Assembly: GCF_009914755.1 (NCBI RefSeq)
Contig: NC_060931.1
Reading direction: 5' to 3' (one strand)
Length of the DNA stretch: 64,000 nucleotides
Source of the DNA: the human T2T-CHM13v2.0 reference genome, Homo sapiens
Shown: piece by piece, positions 59,372 to 64,000 of the stretch
How the letters are laid out: every line of letters begins with the position of its first letter
How positions within the stretch are numbered: the first letter of the stretch is position 1
Position numbers and translations under genes: made by a program
Notes under the pieces: model-generated
What the model saw: only the letters and a program-made list of their open reading frames with translations
Told to the model about the DNA's origin: nothing
The model's database searches: none

Positions 59372-60259
59372 ACATCAATTTGTGAGGAACAAAGTTAATC
59401 TTGTTTGTGCCCTAATTGAAGAGGACTGACAATTAACAGCATAAACAATAGCCCAAACCATCTCAGTTGGTTCATTTTATGCAATTCTGACTGAAAAGGT
59501 TAAGCAAACTTTCCACTCAATCAGTGCCAAAACCATTGCACCAGATCAGCTGCAGACAAAAAAGCACAGCTTTCAATGGAAAATTTTAAACGTGGGATCA
59601 AGATCCTGAAGCAATTCTTCAAAGAACTGTTAACAGGAGATGAAACGTAGTTCTACAGTATCATCCCAAAGACAAACCCAATCAAAGCAATGGCTACCAA
59701 GAGGTGACATGGTCCAGTCAAAGCACAAGTTGACCGGTCAAGAGCAAAGGTCATGGCAACACTTTTTTGGGATGCTCAAGGCATTTTGCTTTTTGAATTT
59801 TTGGAGTCCCAAAGAATGATAGCATCTGCTTATTATGAGAATGTTTTAAGAAAGTTAGCCAAAGCTTTAGTTAAAAAAAGCCCAGGAAAATTTCACCAGA
59901 AAGTCCTTCTCTACCACCACAATGCTCCTGCTCATTCCTCTCATGGAACAGGGCAATTTTACAAGAGTTTCAATGGGAAATCATTAGCATCCACCTTACA
60001 GTCCTGATTTAGCTCCTTTTGACTTTTTTGTTTCCTGATCTTAAAAAAATCTTTAAAGGGCACCCATTTTTCTTTAATGATATAAAAAAGACTGCATTGA
60101 CATGGTTAAATTCCCAGAGCCCTCAGAGTTCTTTAGGGATGGATTAAATGGCTGGTATCGTTGTTTACAAAAGTATCTTGAATTTGATAGAGCTTATGTT
60201 GAGAAATAATTTTTAATCTTTTAATTCCATTTTTCCATGAACTTTTTGAAGTCCCCGTA
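59372..60259 (+). mobile_element. HSMAR2 mariner transposon fossil (5'-truncated, decayed transposase)
   Basis: LTGDET, MATLFWDAQGILL, HHNAPAH and HPPYSPDLAP-like mariner motifs with stops and frameshifts; 3' TIR ttttccatgaactttttgaagtcccc then TA. Confidence 0.9.
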
Positions 60260-60261
60260 TA

Positions 60262-61330
60262 CATACTTTTTCATGGTGAGAACACTTATAATCTACTGTC
60301 AGCAATTTTCAAATATAAAATATATTATTAACTGTAGTCACCATGATATACAGTAGATCTCTTGAACTTATTCCTCTTTTGTCTGAAATTTTGTATGCTT
60401 TGGCCAACATCTCCCCAATCCCCCTGCCTTTCAGCTCTTGAGCATCATTTAACTCTTTTTATGAGTTTGACTTTTTCAGATTCCACATATAATTAAGATC
60501 ATGAGGTATTCTTCTGTGCGTGATTTACTTCACTTAATGTTTTCTAGGTTCATCCATGTTGTTGCAAATGACAGGATGTCCGTCTTTTAAGACTGAATAG
60601 TATTTCATTGTGTATATATCACATTTTCTTTATCCATTCATCCATGGACACTTAGGCTGATTGTGTATAGTGGCTATTGTGAATAGTGCTGCGATGAATA
60701 CAAGTGCAGGTATTTCTTCAACATACTGATTTCATTTCCTGTGGATATATACCCAGTGGTGGGAATGCCAGATAAGTTCTATATTTAAGTTTTTGAGAAA
60801 CCACCATATTGTTTTCCATAATGGTTGTACTAATTCACAATCCCACCGGTAGTGTACAAGGGTTCCCTTTTCTCCACATCCTTGCCAACACTTGAAATCT
60901 TTCATCTTTTGTTAGCGTTTTAGAGATGGGGTCTCATTATGTTGCTCAGGCTGGTCTTGAACTCCTGGACCCAAGTGATCCTCCTGCCTCGGCCTTCTGA
61001 GTAGCTGGGACTACAGGCATGTGCCATCGTGCTCAGCTCTCTTTTGTTTTTTGATAACAGCCTTTCTAACAGGTGTGAGGTGATATCTCATTGTGGTTCT
61101 AATTTGCATTCACCCGATTAGTGATATTGAGCATTTTTTCATATACCTGTAGGCCATTTCTGTATCTTCTATGGAAAAATGTCTATCTATGTCCTTTGCC
61201 CATTAAAAAAAAAATTTTTTTTTTTTTTTAACTATTGAGGTCTGACATGTTTTGGATATTAACCCCTTATCAGACATATAGTTTGCAAATATATTCTCCC
61301 ATTGCATAGGTTGTCTCTTCACTCAGTTTA
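60262..61330 (-). mobile_element. L1M 3' end, antisense, with an Alu fragment
   Basis: ccacattttctttatccattcatcc-like and acaggtgtgaggtgatatctcattgtgg L1 motifs. Confidence 0.85.
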
Positions 61331-62297
61331 TGTTTTTAAATCTTTTAATTTATAGGTTTCCACTGCATCTTTTTCATCCCTGGGAATTTATGTGTTGAAA
61401 CCAGAAGTAGACTTTTAAATCTAATATTGTGCCTTACTTGTACAAATAGGCTCTAGCAATAAATAGGCTACTAAAGGCAGTCACATTTTGTATGAGGTCT
61501 TCTGTTTCTTCTTCCTGGACCATATATCAAATTCAGAAACTGGAAAAAGGCCAAGTTTGAATTTCAACTCACTACATTTCATTTTAAGGCTTGAATAAGT
61601 AAATAATGCTAATGGAACTTGGTGTACCACTTTGATGAAAATCCAAACCAGGCTTATTGTGTATCCTTTAGGCTGCATGGGATGTTACAATGTTTATGTT
61701 TGGAGACTACAATTTATACTCTACCTGCTTTTAAAAATGTTTTGAAAATGATCACAACATAAATATATATAATAAAGACAGAATCTTTTTAAATCATGAA
61801 AGGAAGAGCCAAATGTTACTAACCACCTATGTTACAATGTCAGCTGATATTAAAAACAATTTTTCAAGGGATACAATGTTCAGGTTCAACATCTTAATCA
61901 TAATAGCTATCTGAGCCCTTACTATATGCCTGGTACTGTGTGAAGCATTTTCTATGGATCATTTCATTTACTCCTCAGAACAGTCACTTGCTCAAGGCCA
62001 CACAGCCAGTATGAATCCAGGCAATGTGCTTCTAAAGCTTGCAGACTTTACCACACTCTACTAAAATATGGGAAGCATCTTCAATGGTGAAATCTAGTCA
62101 GTCATGATAGTCTCCATTGAGTTTTTTCTCAATAGCTTTCAAATTCATTTTACTCTACCACTCCCACAGCAATCTCTCTCATTTGGGTTACTATTAATAT
62201 AATTGTCTAATTTTATTAAAGCCATCCCCTAAAAATTCATATTCCCTCTTTATACAGCATAGAATTGTCACTGGGAAATGGCAGCATAGCCAGCAAC

Positions 62298-62500
62298 CAT
62301 ATATATACACACATACACACACACAATGTGTGTGTGTATATATATATATATACACATACATATATATACACACACACCCATATGTATATATACACACACA
62401 CATGTATATATATAGACACACACACACCCGTATATGTACACACATATATACAGTATATATATATATATATACATATACACAGTATATATAAACAAATACA
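62298..62500 (+). repeat. Imperfect (TA)n/(CA)n/(TG)n microsatellite flanking the THE1 LTR
   Basis: Directly visible. Confidence 0.9.
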
Positions 62501-62505
62501 TGTAC

Positions 62506-63493
<988 letters not shown>

Positions 63494-63541
63494 TATACAT
63501 AAATATATATACACATACATATATATATATTTTTTAGATGA

Positions 63542-63784
<243 letters not shown>

Positions 63785-64000
63785 TAACTTATGAAACTGT
63801 TGGTTTTTACAGCTTTCAGAATTTTGGAATTCAGAATGGGGGACTGCGTACCTGTTTCCTCAATAGTAATTGCCCAATTAAACTGTCTAGTCTTATTTTC
63901 TGCAACTCCTCTGTAATTCCAAGGTTTTCAAATTGGGACACATATCATAATACCTGGGGCTTCAGCTGGGTGCGGTGGCTCATGCCTGTAATCCCAGCAC

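Noticed and set aside
59753-60007. Mariner transposase ORF as an active or domesticated gene
   Set aside because: Fragment only; surrounding frames have stops and frameshifts, and the 5' end and TIR are missing.

Overview
Primate (very probably human) Alu-dense genomic DNA matching the PUS7 - RINT1 - EFCAB10 neighbourhood (human 7q22.3; locus identity from recall). The complete 15-exon RINT1 CDS was rebuilt on the + strand (20511-55516, 2379 nt, 792 aa, all exon phases consistent). Its intron 6 has minor-spliceosome (U12) signals. On the - strand, EFCAB10 3' exons run tail-to-tail into RINT1. A CpG-island promoter and non-coding first exon at ~10250-10470 points leftward and is assigned to PUS7 by synteny only. 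Between the two promoters lies an RNF181 processed pseudogene. The rest is Alu, L1, L2, MER1, THE1, ERV-LTR and HSMAR2 debris, and almost all listed ORFs are repeat artefacts. I found no convincing new gene system. The most unusual signal is a cluster of local templated-copy scars: a perfect 51-bp inverted copy of nearby DNA inside a young AluY, an inverted insertion with hairpin junctions, a fold-back duplication, a 99-bp dispersed direct repeat and a near-perfect 393-bp tandem duplication. Also notable are splice signals interlocked across both strands in RINT1/EFCAB10 and an overlapping uORF in RINT1.
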